DNA from: the human T2T-CHM13v2.0 reference genome, Homo sapiens
DNA length: 64,000 nucleotides
Reading direction: 5' to 3' (one strand)
Assembly: GCF_009914755.1 (NCBI RefSeq)
Contig: NC_060937.1
Shown here: piece after piece, positions 13,950-27,425 of the stretch
Numbering within the stretch: position 1 is the first letter of the stretch
Layout of the letters: each line of letters opens with the position of its first letter
Made by a program: the position numbers and the translations under genes
The notes under the pieces: generated by a model
Database searches by the model: none
Told to the model about the DNA's origin: nothing
What the model saw: the letters and a program-made list of their open reading frames with translations, nothing else

Positions 13950-15110
13950 TGAGAGTTACCTAGAGCATCTGTGATGGTCCTGTAGGCTTCGGAGGCAATC
14001 AGGCAGTGTCAGTCTTCAGTTGCTAAGCCGAGAAGATCTGGGAAGGAGTCAGAGAGCCTTGGGTCAGAGTTCCAGGGGCTCTGGGAGTGGCTGCCAGGTG
14101 AGTTGAACAGTCTGATTTTCAGTGGGGTCCTGCACAGATGGGACGTGGCTTAGGAGGAATCCCGGGCTGTGGGCATTCCTTGGCCCAGTGGCCAGATTTC
14201 TGGCACTTGTAGCAAGCTCTTGGGGGAGGAGGTTCTGGAGGAACCCCTTGCAGCTGTGGTTTGGGCACTTGGAGTTCTTATGTGCTGGAGATGTGGCTGG
14301 GGTTTGTCTCACAGTGGAGGCAAGGAATTGCAACTCAGAAATACATTGCTACTTGGCTGCCTCTATTATTGTACACCTTGAAGGTGAGGTTAATTAAGTC
14401 CTGTTATAGGGTTTGAGGGCCGGAATTTAATTTTTGGAGTTTTATTTAATATCGGGAGCAGATTGGGTAATAAAATGTATATTGAGAATAAGACGGCCTT
14501 TTGACCTTTCAGGGTCTAGGGCTGTAAAGCATCTCAGGGTTGCTGCCAAACGAGCCATGAACTGGGCTGGGTTTTTATATTTGATGAAATAGAGCTTAAA
14601 TGCTATCTGATTTGGGAGAGGTCAGTTAAAGAAAAAGGAGTATTAACCTTGACTATGCCTTTAGCTCTATCGCCTTTTTAAGAGGAAATTGCTGGGCAGG
14701 TGGGGGAGGGCTAGTCAGGGAACGAAACTGTAAGCCGGACCAGGTGTAAGGAGGGGAGGTGATAAAAGGATTATGGGGTGGAGGAGCGGAGGCTGAGGAA
14801 GAATTGGGACCCAGCTCAGCCTGGCGAGGAGGGGAGAGATCAGATGGGTCTGTAGAAAAGGAAGATTAGAAAGACTCAGTGATGCTTGGGGTTGGGACTG
14901 AGGACAGGTGGGAGGGAAGGAAGATTTGGGATGAGTTGCATTGGGAACAGAGACTAGGGAGGGACCGATGTGTAAAAGAATGCCTGGACATCAAGCACCT
15001 CAGACGGTTTGCCCATTTTACGACAAGAATTATTTAGATCTTGTAGGATGGAAAAATCAAAAGTGCTGTTTTCTGGCTATTTGGAACCACTGTTGAGTTT
15101 GTATTGGGGT
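13950..15110 (-). pseudogene. HERV-H gag remnant (disrupted)
   Basis: Position between leader and pro; nucleocapsid zinc-knuckle-like segment near 14100-14215; no long ORF. Confidence 0.65.
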
Positions 15111-15319
15111 CAAGCGGCATTGTAGAAGAAAATAAGGAGTTTAGGTTTTAGGTCAGGTGTGAGTTGAAGAGGTTTTATGTTCTTGAGAGCACAGGCTAAG
15201 GGAGAAGGAGGAATGGGGGGTGGAAGGTTGCCCATAGTGAAGGAGGCAAGTTTAAAGAGAAGGGTAGAGACACGGAGGGAGGGGGTTTGGGGGTTCTTAC
15301 CCTCCAGAAAATCGGGAAA

Positions 15320-15520
15320 GGGGTCAGGGCGTGGAAATAAGGGGTTGGGGCACAGAGATAAGAGGTCGGGGCATGGAAATAAGGGATTGGAGTGCAGAGA
15401 TAAGAGGTTGGGGTGTGGAAATAAGGGATCGGGGTGCAGAGATAAGAGGTTGGGGCACAGAAATAAGGGATCAGGGTGCAGAGATAAGAGGTCGAGGCAC
15501 AGAAATAAGGGATTGGGGGA
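15320..15520. repeat. About 21-bp G-rich tandem repeat in the HERV-H leader, about 9 units
   Basis: Alternating GGGGCACAGAGATAAGAGGT- and GGGGYRTGGAAATAAGGGAT-type units. Confidence 0.9.
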
Positions 15521-15959
15521 TTCTTGACAACTAGAAAAGCAGTACTTGCTGCTAAGGGTGAAGGAGAAGGGTTGGGGGGGTCTTGCCCCCCAGAAAAGCA
15601 GAGAAGGGGTAGAGACACAGAAGGAGTTGGGGGGTTCTTGCCCCCCAGAAAACCAGTACTTGCTGCTAAGGGTGAATGACCAAGGCAGGTGTCCCCACGT
15701 GGTGAGATACCTCTGAAACGTGGGTGAATGATCAGAAAGGCATCCCTGCAATGATTAAATGCCAAGGGAAGGCTGCCTTCCTGAGTCCATGACCAGCGCC
15801 GGAGTTTTGGGCCCACGGATGAAACGTGTCTCCTTCGTCTCTATGAGAAAATGAATTGAAATTAAAAGAAGGGAGATATTGAAGGGTGGCACCAAGATTG
15901 AAAGGAGAAAGTGGATGAGGGATAGTGAGAGAGGTTGGAGAAGAGAGTAAGAAGAGGCT

Positions 15960-15968
15960 GCTTACCCG
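15960..15968 (-). other. HERV-H major splice donor
   Basis: Minus strand CGG|GTAAGC, GT at 15965-15964, about 130 nt downstream of the PBS. Confidence 0.8.
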
Positions 15969-16091
15969 ATGTAAAATTGGTGAGATGTTCCTTGGGCTGG
16001 TGGGTCTGAGGACCTGAGGTGGTAGGTGGATCTTTTTCATGGAGCAAAGAGCAGGAGGACAGGGGATTGATCTCCCAAGGGAGGTCCCCTG

Positions 16092-16109
16092 ATCTGAGTC
16101 ACAGCACCA
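16092..16109 (-). other. Primer binding site (tRNA-His)
   Basis: TGGTGCTGTGACTCAGAT versus TGGTGCCGTGACTCGGAT, two CpG transitions. Confidence 0.92.
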
Positions 16110-16111
16110 AA

Positions 16112-16516
16112 TTTCACTCGCGTCCCTGTGAAGAGACCACCAAACAGGCTTTGTGTGAGCAATAAAGCTTTTAATCACCTGGGTGCAGGTAGGCCGAGTC
16201 CGAAAAGAGAGTGAAGGGAGATATGGGTGGGGCCATTTTATAGGATTTGGGTAGGTAAAGGAAAATTACAGTCAAAGGGGTGTTGTTCTCTGGCGGGAAG
16301 GTGGGGTCACAAGGTGCTCAGTAGGGGAGCTTTTGAGCCAGGATGAGCCAGGAGAAGGAATTTCACAAGATAATGTCATCAGTTAAGACAGGAACAGGCC
16401 ATTTTCACTTCTTTTGTGGTGGAATGTCATCAGTTAAGGCAGGAACTGGCCATCTGGATGTATACATGCAGGTCACAGGGGATAGGATGGCTTAGCTTGG
16501 ACTCAGAAGCCTGACA
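16112..16516 (-). promoter_or_regulatory. 5' LTR (LTR7) promoter/enhancer
   Basis: Intact TATAAAA at 16242-16236, ACAAAAGA at 16417-16410, duplicated TTAACTGATGACATT blocks, followed by PBS. Confidence 0.93.
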
Positions 16517-19199
16517 ATTCCTAGCACTGTGTGCTCCAGCTCCAATGCCTATAACAGGTATAGCAGGCAGAATCATGAGACTATCCTTAGGTCACTGCCA
16601 TAGTCAAGGTTCTTACTCACTCAATGAACCCATTGACAGTTTTATTGAGCATATTTTTCCCCCAAATGGAGAATCATTTCATCGTGTTTTTGTTTTTTTT
16701 TTTATTTTTTTAGTTTTTTTTATTTAGAGTTGCAAAATGCCTTTTGGCCCACATACCCAACTGAGGTATGACCCTGCTTCAGACACTGATTGAGGCTGTG
16801 ACAGTGTGCATTGCCACATTTGGGGCCCATGCTTGATCTGACAGTTTACTTTCTCTCCTTTGGGAAAAATATAGAGCCTCATCTTATGAAAATTTCTCTA
16901 GAAATGCTTCTGTTCCTGGTTTCTGTCCCTTGAGACACTCCTGATATGTTTGAGAATAAAGAGGTTTTTTTGTTAAATGTGCTGAAATGCATGATCATGC
17001 ATGATTTAAATTAGATACAAGGGCTAGATTTGTTTAATATATATAATAAGTGGAAAGACCAGAAAAAGACATGGGCTGGAGGCTTTGAAAAACATGGAGT
17101 CACCACAGTGTAGGCATAGGAGAATAAGAGAGACCATGAATCAGGAGTTTGCAGTATTTTGGGCCACCCCTCCTGCAAAGGCATGTAAGCAAACTCTCTA
17201 GAATTCAAGGAATTAGCATTTGCAAGAATTTTCTAAGAACTCAGGAATTAGCACCTTACAGAAGTTAGAATAAATGGTTTTGAATTAGAATCTGGTGATC
17301 AGATGAGTCAAGATAAATATACAAAAAATGGTAAAAACATTGGTGATGAGTATTATATTTATATATAGTTAAAACAACACTGGAATTATAGCTCTAGAAT
17401 ACATGGTATTAGCATTAATGATATATTACAAAATAAATTTAAAATTTGGAGGATGGGAAACTAAACATAGCTTAAGAGGAATAATTTTCTCACCTTTCAG
17501 AGCAGAGAGTCAGTAAATAGTAAGGTATAATGCACATTTAAATACACACATATACATACACATCCTTATTCTAAATATATTTTCATTTTTTTTTTACAAA
17601 TAGGAATCTTTTTAAATAAGAACACATTTATGTTGAAGAAATGTTTAAAGTTTACCATTACTTGAGTTTCACTGTACTGTATTCTTTAGTATTCAATTCA
17701 AAGATATATTAAATAAAATTGTGTCTACTCTGCTCTCAAACTATAACATCTGCCATGGTAATTGTCTTTAGATTTACAAAAGATTCAGATTCACAAGATC
17801 CTCATAGGCCTCCCTTGGCACCAGCCTGCAAAGAAAGCTTCAGGACAACTTCCAGCAGTGCAGTGTCAGGATACTCTTACTGAGAGTCATAGCAGCCATG
17901 TGTATATCACTTCAAATAGCCATGTAGGAGTAAGCTGAGGTTCAAGGAAATCAACTCTGCATTAGGTGAATGCAAGGTATGCCCTGGCATATCATCTTCA
18001 TGCCTCACAGGATTCAATCTTTTTTATAACAATCCCATAAGAATAGGTGTGAATGTTCCCTCAAAAATTAAGCCCAATTATTACATGTCACCACACTCAA
18101 GGAAGCTATAACCTCACCATCAGATATTTATAGTTTATTTGTAATTTCTCTGAATCCTTCCAGTAGGTACTGTTGCCTAGTATCATAATTAACATTTCTC
18201 ATGTTATTAGCTCAGAAGGGGAAAGAATGAAGATGTTACTCATAAGCTGGATTCTCATGCAGAAAGGGAAAGCGTCATGACTTTTGATCACACTTTATGC
18301 ATGAAAAGATACCTACAATGATGTCTATATAATGTTAAATATTGTTATACTGAGTAATTTCTTCATGACATTCTTTCGTATTATATATCTTTATGTGTTT
18401 ATAGTGAATTTAATCTATTTTTATCAAAAGGGTAAAGACTTTACCTAGAATAGTTTATATATTTATCATGGAGTATCCTTGTCATTATCATTCCAGGAGA
18501 ATTTTCTGGATTTTCTGGCTATGCCACTAATGCAACAGATGGAAATATTACATTTAGGTTTCAATGGGTAGACAAATAATATTTCCTGATGATTTATTTA
18601 TAGCCAAAACATACTAGACCTGCTGATTTATAATTGAGCTCTGAGTCTGACTAAAGGATCATGGGACTTAATTTAAATAAAAAGCCAAGGATTGGAGCTT
18701 GAGCCACTGAAAGAGCAAGAATTCAGAGAACAAAGAAACTGTTCTTAAAGTTGACTTAGAGGAATGGCCAGGTAATTAGAATGAAAATTAGTGAATTGTG
18801 GTTTCTGCTAAGGAAGTCCAAAAAATAAATATTTTCAGGACAGAGGTGTGCTTACCTTTATCAAAGATGAAGCCTGGGCTTAAACTTCTTTTCTTAATAA
18901 TATACAAAATAATAAAATAAATAATTTTATTTGTACTTAATAAAATACAAAATAATATTTTGTATTGCATTTAGCAACAGGAATTTCATTGGTAACCTTA
19001 CTAAGAGTACTTGTCTTGAAATCTTAAATGACAAAGCCCAATTTTTGAGGTCCAAAAGACAGGATATCATAAGTCTGGAAAAATTTTTAAAAATAGTTTT
19101 GTTTAAAGGGTAAAAGAGAGAACTCAAGAGTAAAGTTCTACCAGGAGAATTGGCAGATCCCTAGAAATGTTTAGAAATTTTTAATATGCTATGCCAGAA

Positions 19200-19810
19200 G
19201 TGGAACACTCCACAGACAGAAAATAAATGGCTATAAGGAGCAATTGAATAACACAACAATCTTTTTCGAAATGATAGACATGTATAGATACATTTTTAAA
19301 ACAATGAATATATGCAGTGAGTTATTATTAAAATAACCATGCATTAAACTACATGAGAAATCTCAGCAAATTTCTCACAATTAAAACCATAATTATTTAC
19401 CACAGTTCAATACAATTAGAAAAAATAGAAATAAGTAACATACTGCAATTAAGAAAATATATTTCTATACAATTGAGGGGGATATGGAAAAATCGAGCTA
19501 AAATTTTGAAAATAATTTGAATTGAATGGCAACAAAAACATGACATATGTAAATGTAGATAAAGCAATATCTTAAAGGGGTTAAGAACTTTAAATACATC
19601 TACTGTAAATACAAATGTTTTAAATAAATGAAGTGTTCAACTTAGAAAACTAGACCAAAAAAACTAAATAAATCTGAAAACTGAGATTAATCAAAACTAA
19701 AAACAAAGTAATAAGAAATACTATAGAAATTACAAAATATAAATCCATCATCAATTAGCACTGGTTAATGAAGCTAAATAATTTCGTTAAAAAGTTTAAT
19801 AAATTAGTAA
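19200..19810 (+). mobile_element. Ancient L1M ORF2-region fragment
   Basis: A-rich with degenerate L1 blocks (TTGAATTGAATGGCAACAAAAACATGACATAT, TTCAACTTAGAAAACTAGA). Confidence 0.5.
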
Positions 19811-20977
19811 ATATCAAAACATAATACAGAAACAGCCAGGGAAGGCATCAGGGGCATAAAGGAGGACACAGTGAAACGTAAGTTTGAAAGTGTAAGAAGG
19901 TTCAGTGTCAGGCCTCTCTGATTGCTACAAGTCTCAGCGAAATTACACAGGGACCAAAGGAAGGGCTTAGGGCTTTTGCTTCTTCCTAGACCATATGTTT
20001 CTCCTGGCAGTGATGTCAAAACAGTAGAAAAGATGGCAGAGTTGAAGGGCAACTAAATAATAATATCTGTTCTGACTTTGTTGAAATTTAGTAGGAGGAA
20101 CAATATGTTAGTACTCTGCACATCCAGTGTATCCAAAACCATATCTAAATCCTCTTGGCCACTCCATCTGTAAATGATACTTATGACTTGATTCTTTTCC
20201 TATGGTTAAGAACAAAAACCAAAACAACCACACAAAACATCTTTTAAAATGTCTCCCCAAATACCTGTTATGATTTAACACCACCTCTAAATACTATTTG
20301 GAGGGGCCTTGGCTAGCTTTTCTCATTATGGAGCCATTTCCATCTCCATAAGGTGTGTGTTCTGTTGCTGGAGTGGGTGGTGTTGCCACTCTCAGGAGTG
20401 TGGCTCTGCTTGGCTAAACTCCTACTGTGTTTCTGACATTTCTCAACGCTGTGGCCCTGTGAATGTAAACCACTCTTCAGTTCTGCTGAATGATTCCCTG
20501 TTCTGTTATCATTAGATAAGGTATCAGAGATCTTTACACTCTGGTCAGTAAATGGAATTACCTCCCTCTATAAACTATCCCTACACTTCTTCCCTCATCA
20601 TGTACAACGGGATAAATTGTTGTCCTGGCTCAATATCTACTAGATGGATTTAGGATTGGGGGTCAAAGGGGACTTTTGCTTTATCTGTAATAATCATTTC
20701 ATAATACAAACTATTTCATGCATTATATTTGTAAGGTTAATTTAAATTATAAAAACTTCATGAATTTAAAAACTGTATCTGAAAACCTGAAATTCAGAAC
20801 AAATAGACAACAGTTTGTGTTCATCTCTATTTTAAGTGGGCAAAAGCATTCCTATCACAGAATGGGCAGGCAAAAATAAAGTTCAGCTTTGGTTAAATAT
20901 ACTGTAAAATACTTGGCACATCAAAATGTCACAAATAGAATTAAAATGAAAATAGTTACTATTAAAAAAGCACTAAG

Positions 20978-21122
20978 TCTCAGCTACTCCACAGACTGAG
21001 GCAGGAGAATCACTTAAGCCCAGGAGTTCAAGAGCAGCCTGGACAATAGAGTGAGAATCACTTAAGCCCAGGAGTTCAAGAGCAGCCTGGACAGTATAGT
21101 GAGACCCCATCTCATAACAAAA
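20978..21122 (+). mobile_element. Truncated Alu monomer (FLAM-like) with internal duplication
   Basis: GAGAATCACTTAAGCCCAGGAGTTCAAGAGCAGCCTGGACA present twice at 48-bp spacing. Confidence 0.8.
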
Positions 21123-21336
21123 GCACTAATATTTAGCAAGTAAATAATATTACTATTTCTATTTATATGTATTATAAATGTTAATGTTATGAATATTAAT
21201 ATATAAATAATATTATCAAATAATTTTAATATACAAATAGCTCTTATTATTGGTTTAGGAAACATTAATACCCAAATAGAATTGAGAAAAGGCTCTAAAC
21301 GACAATTTATAGAAATAATATAAATTTCTGTCAAAT

Positions 21337-22077
<741 letters not shown>

Positions 22078-22367
22078 CTGGGCCACACAAGAGATCAAAT
22101 ATAATAAAATTGGAAAAATTAAAATATCAAACTAAATTGACAAACATAAAAACCATATAAAAATCAATGCTTAAAAAGTAGATAAGTAACTTTATACTCT
22201 ATTTTTGGGCATGTAAAATATAAAACCTTTCTTGACTGAAACTTTCTGGTATTTTCTAACATTTGATACAATTTTACTCGCAGGAAACTTCATAAAAATA
22301 AAAAATACAGTAAACATTTCTATACAATGATAATAATAAAGCTATCATTTAAAAAACAGGAAATGGA

Positions 22368-23131
<764 letters not shown>

Positions 23132-24691
23132 ATATATATACATAAAAAGAAAGAAATGGAAACATGCTAAAAGTTCCACATTTATTTTTCCTAAAATTTT
23201 TGGTATTTTCTGGAGATGAACAGGGACCAGAATATACATTGTCACTATTCACTTGAAGTTTAGAACTTAATGGTGAAAATCGATATTGGTAATTCCACCC
23301 ATGGCTATATATTTACAAATCACATGTAAAGAAAAGTACAGGGCACTTTGAGAGTATATTCAAGAGGGTAATAAGAAATGAACAGAAATGATCCCATTCC
23401 TGAGACATTTGGGAAGAAAAAATTAAAAGGTTTTTGTGTTGGACTAGCTATGGCAGTGAAGGGGAGGGAGGCATCATAACTGACTTGTAACTTTCTGGTT
23501 TGCGTCATTAACTGGATAGCAATGGCATTTATTGAAATAGAAACCCTTAAAGTGCCTTTGGTATACGGGTCTAAATCTCAGAGGTGAGCTCGGGTTGAAA
23601 TTTACATTTCATCATCCTGGGCACATAGAAGGAACTAGAAGCATCTCTGTGGTTGCATGTGGATGAAAGGACCATAGAATAGGGAGGCACACTGAAATGA
23701 TTGTAGATATTATAAATTCCTGGAGAAGCCAAGAAAAAATATGCACACTCTTAACATCTGAACAGGAACCAGAGATCAAATGCGTGTAGTTACATTTGTT
23801 TTTAAAACACAGTGGGCCTCAGGAAACAGCCACACAGAATGTGTGGGTAGACTTTACATTGGCTGAGGCCTATTTTGTGACCTCTGCTGAGAAAAGAGCT
23901 TACAGCCCAATCTTGGGCAATATGTAAATAGTTAAGTATATTTTATTATGGAAACTGAAAATTTATAGTAATTAAAATCATTTTAAAATACACTCAGAGA
24001 TATAATTTAGGTAACTTCTCAAATACCCAGCCAGCTTGCAGGCTTAGGAATGTTACTGGTATTTCTTCTCTCATAATTGGAAATGTATAAAATATTAACT
24101 GATATCTCAAACCACAAGGAAGGCAATTGACTTGCCTGTGAGCAGTACTACTGTGTACCAGACGTGCAGCTCTTTCTCACCTATTTTCTTGAATGCCTCA
24201 ACCCCTACATGCCCTGATTTCTGTCACCTGCCTTTAAACATGAAAATAGACTTGCTCTATGTTTATACATTATCATAACAGAAAATCAGGTGTAAATCTG
24301 ATTGTTTGCTATTGAGCACATCAAACATTTAGATGGTAAATTTGTCTTCTATTTTGATAGCATCTAAATATAATCATAACCCAAGATGAGTGCATATTTA
24401 GAAATTGCTCAAGTCCTATGTTAGTTATTGGCTATTTGCTTGTGTGTAGAAGAGAAAGTTTCAGATAGATTATTTAGGATCTATTTGAGAAGTAAGTTTA
24501 TCACACAGCATGAGCCTCAACAGATAGATGAAATATCACATTTGAAAAAACTTCTACTGGAAAATTTCAAGAATTCCTGTAGCATAAACACTAAGGGCAT
24601 AGCTATCCATGTATAAATAGGACTGAAAAGTCTGTGTTTGAGAAGGTATTCTAAATCTGCATGGCATGAGTTTAAAAACAGTATGGGCTTG

Positions 24692-25056
24692 TATGTTAGT
24701 TCATTCTCACACTGCTATGAAGCAATACCCAAGACTGGGTCATTTATAAAGGAAAGAGGTTTAATTGACTCACAGTTCTGCATTGCTGGGGAGACCTCAG
24801 GGAACTTACAGTCATGATGGAAGGCAAAGGAGAAGCAGGCTCCTTCACAGGGTGAAGGATGGAGTGAGTGCAAGCAGGGGAAATGCCAGACGCTTAGAAA
24901 ACCATCAGATCTCGTGAGACTCACTATCACGAGAATAGCACGGGGGAAACCGCACCCATGATAAGATTATCTCCACCTGGTCCTGCCTTTTATGGGGATT
25001 ATGCGGATTACAATTCAAGAGGATGTTTTTGGTGTGGACACAGCCAAACCACATCA
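24692..25056 (-). mobile_element. THE1 (THE1D-like) solo LTR
   Basis: THE1 blocks; TSD GCTTG at 24687-24691 and 25057-25061. Confidence 0.9.
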
Positions 25057-25099
25057 GCTTGGTAGGAGGACCTCTTAAAATGTTTTACCATTTTTCAGT

Positions 25100-25240
25100 T
25101 TCATAGGTAAATGATTTAACTTCACTGATCTTTAGGTATGAAATTTGAACAATGAAGAAAATACTATCAATCTAAGAAAGGTTGTAAAATTCAGTGAGAA
25201 AACTTGTACAGGTGCCTGCCATACTTGCACATGTTAGAGA
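25100..25240 (+). mobile_element. MIR fragment
   Basis: Degenerate MIR core and tail (GGTTGTAAAATTCAGTGAGA...GTGCCTGCCATA). Confidence 0.45.
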
Positions 25241-26110
25241 TTCGATTTATTTTGTTTTCTAACTTTGGTTAATTTAAACAATTGGCATATCATATCCTCT
25301 CATATTTTCATATGGAGAATATAAGATTTGATCGTTTCTCTATTTTTGCGCAAGCTGCTACTGGTAAGGCAAACAAGTTTGAAGGAGAACTGATACAACT
25401 GATGAGTCTAAAAGAATTCAAGAAACAAAGCCTGATGTGATTGCATAACTGAAGGCCACCTCTCTTCTGAAATTTTAACTATCCATGCCAGAAAACACCT
25501 AGAGTCACAGAGTTTCTGTTTCATTTAACTGAAAATACACTATTTTATAAAACTTTTAATCTGTAATAGTAATGCCAATGTATGTTAACCAAAATTATTT
25601 CACAGAATAATAAAATAATGTTTTCCAAGAGTAAGTACTGCTAATAGAACAATAACAGAAGAATCGTCAAAAGTCTTACAGTGAAGTGCTTGGGAATTAT
25701 AGTCTTTACCCTTAGAAAACAGGTGCTACCAGCTAAAATTTTAGTGTTAAATATTGCCAAAAAATGGTTACGGTTGGTCAAGATCTTCCATCTGCTTTCT
25801 TTATGATGAATATGAAATGAACAGGCGAACTTGCCTAATAATAAATGCTCACAGATTTTGTAAATATCTTAAAAGATTTAATACTTCAACCAGGGTAAAT
25901 CCTCCTGCCTTGAGATTGAAGAAACAAAACAAAACAAAACAAAAAGCCTTGCATGGACCCAACCTAACCTTGTAAAGTGATTGGGGCAAATATCAAATGG
26001 AAGTATAATAACATTTTAGTTATAAAGAATTCTAGTATGTTAGATAAGACAGGCCATTCAGACAAATGGGTTTCAGTCACTAAAGCTACACTAGCAATGC
26101 TGACATATAG

Positions 26111-27425
26111 AAGGGACAGATTCAGATTGTGTGAAATATGAAGCTTTTATAATGTTATTTTTTAATAATTAGAATTTCTTATAAAAATGAATAAATATTA
26201 TAAATCTGAAATTAGATACAATTGAATATTTAAAATAAGAAATTTGGCAAACATCACAGACATAAAATTTAGAAAGACAAAAAGCAGACTGCCTTGATTA
26301 ATTAGTTTCCTACAACAACTCTATAATATCTTTTAAATTACTGGTTTGATAAATATTTCTAATAAAAATACCTGAAAGTAATATAAAAATAAGGCAACAT
26401 AAGAACAATTCAAACACTTTTAAACTGCTGTATGTATGTTGAACTACATTATGTAATCAGATTACTCTTACCTCCCTTTGATGTATTTACTGATATGTGT
26501 AGGTGCCTCTGTGTAGTACTTGACTCTTTGCTGTGATTTGCTGGGTTGGTAGCAATTTAGTGTGCTGTTTTGCTGGACATGTCAAAATTCATCAGGACAA
26601 AATGCATCAGCTATGCTAAGACATGATTTGGTAAGTTAGGATGTATGAAACATGCAGCGGCAGACACAGACACTCCTGTGCTTTGCAGTGATGCTATGAG
26701 ATTGTGCCCCATAAACACAGGGATTCTGATCAATTCCATTTCAAAAAAGAAATATGTGATCCATTTACCATTGTATGTGACATACACATATATACACACA
26801 CAGACATGCACAGCTGTGTATGTTGTATCTATATATTAACTATAAAATAGAAATTCAAATCCTGCTATTTGAATTTCTATTTTAACTTTCAATGAAAACT
26901 GAGTCTTCACAGGATTTCACATTTTCAGCAATTGGAAGAATTTTCCTCACACATTTTCTGTCTTTTGTGGCTGCTAGACTCCTCACATACCCTCTGTCGT
27001 CAGGCTGCTAGTACCCCATTCCCACCATGATAGGACTTTTGGCCCTGTATCAGAGTCTCTAGACTGGACAAGTCATCACAGAGGACAGTCGTTTGCCTGA
27101 AAGCCTTTCTTGTACCATGGGGCAGTCCACAAAATCTTATTATGGAAGTGATGGCAAAGCGTAAAATAAATCCATGCTACCATACCGATATGAAAAGAAT
27201 TCCCAAATGGACTTCCTTCAGTTGAATGCCCCAAATCAAGTACCCCTTAATGATCAGTCAGAGAAAGAGGTATAAAAGGGAATATCAGAGCAAAAAGAGA
27301 CAGTGATCTTTATTAATCATAACTGAAATAATTTAATTTTGCCAAGTTTTCAAAAACGTGTAATCATGTGAACACATTACTAACTTACTGGAGAAGGTCT
27401 TCAGTTTATTGTAAATCTGCCCCTG
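26111..27425. mobile_element. Ancient hAT-like DNA transposon with MER53-like ends
   Basis: Terminal inverted repeats AGGGACAGATT (26112-26122) and AATCTGCCCCT (27414-27424); subterminal GAAGCTT..ATAAT. Confidence 0.5.

Larger units (their letters stand above)
10283..16516 (-). mobile_element. HERV-H provirus, common internally deleted non-coding form, 6.2 kb
   Basis: Two LTR7 copies in direct orientation, TSD ATTCC (10278-10282, 16517-16521), His PBS, PPT, protease and RT remnants. Confidence 0.98.

Noticed and set aside
15110-15816. ORFs of 206-213 aa in the HERV-H leader
   Set aside because: Largely produced by the 21-bp repeat and C-rich bias; no gag motifs recognised
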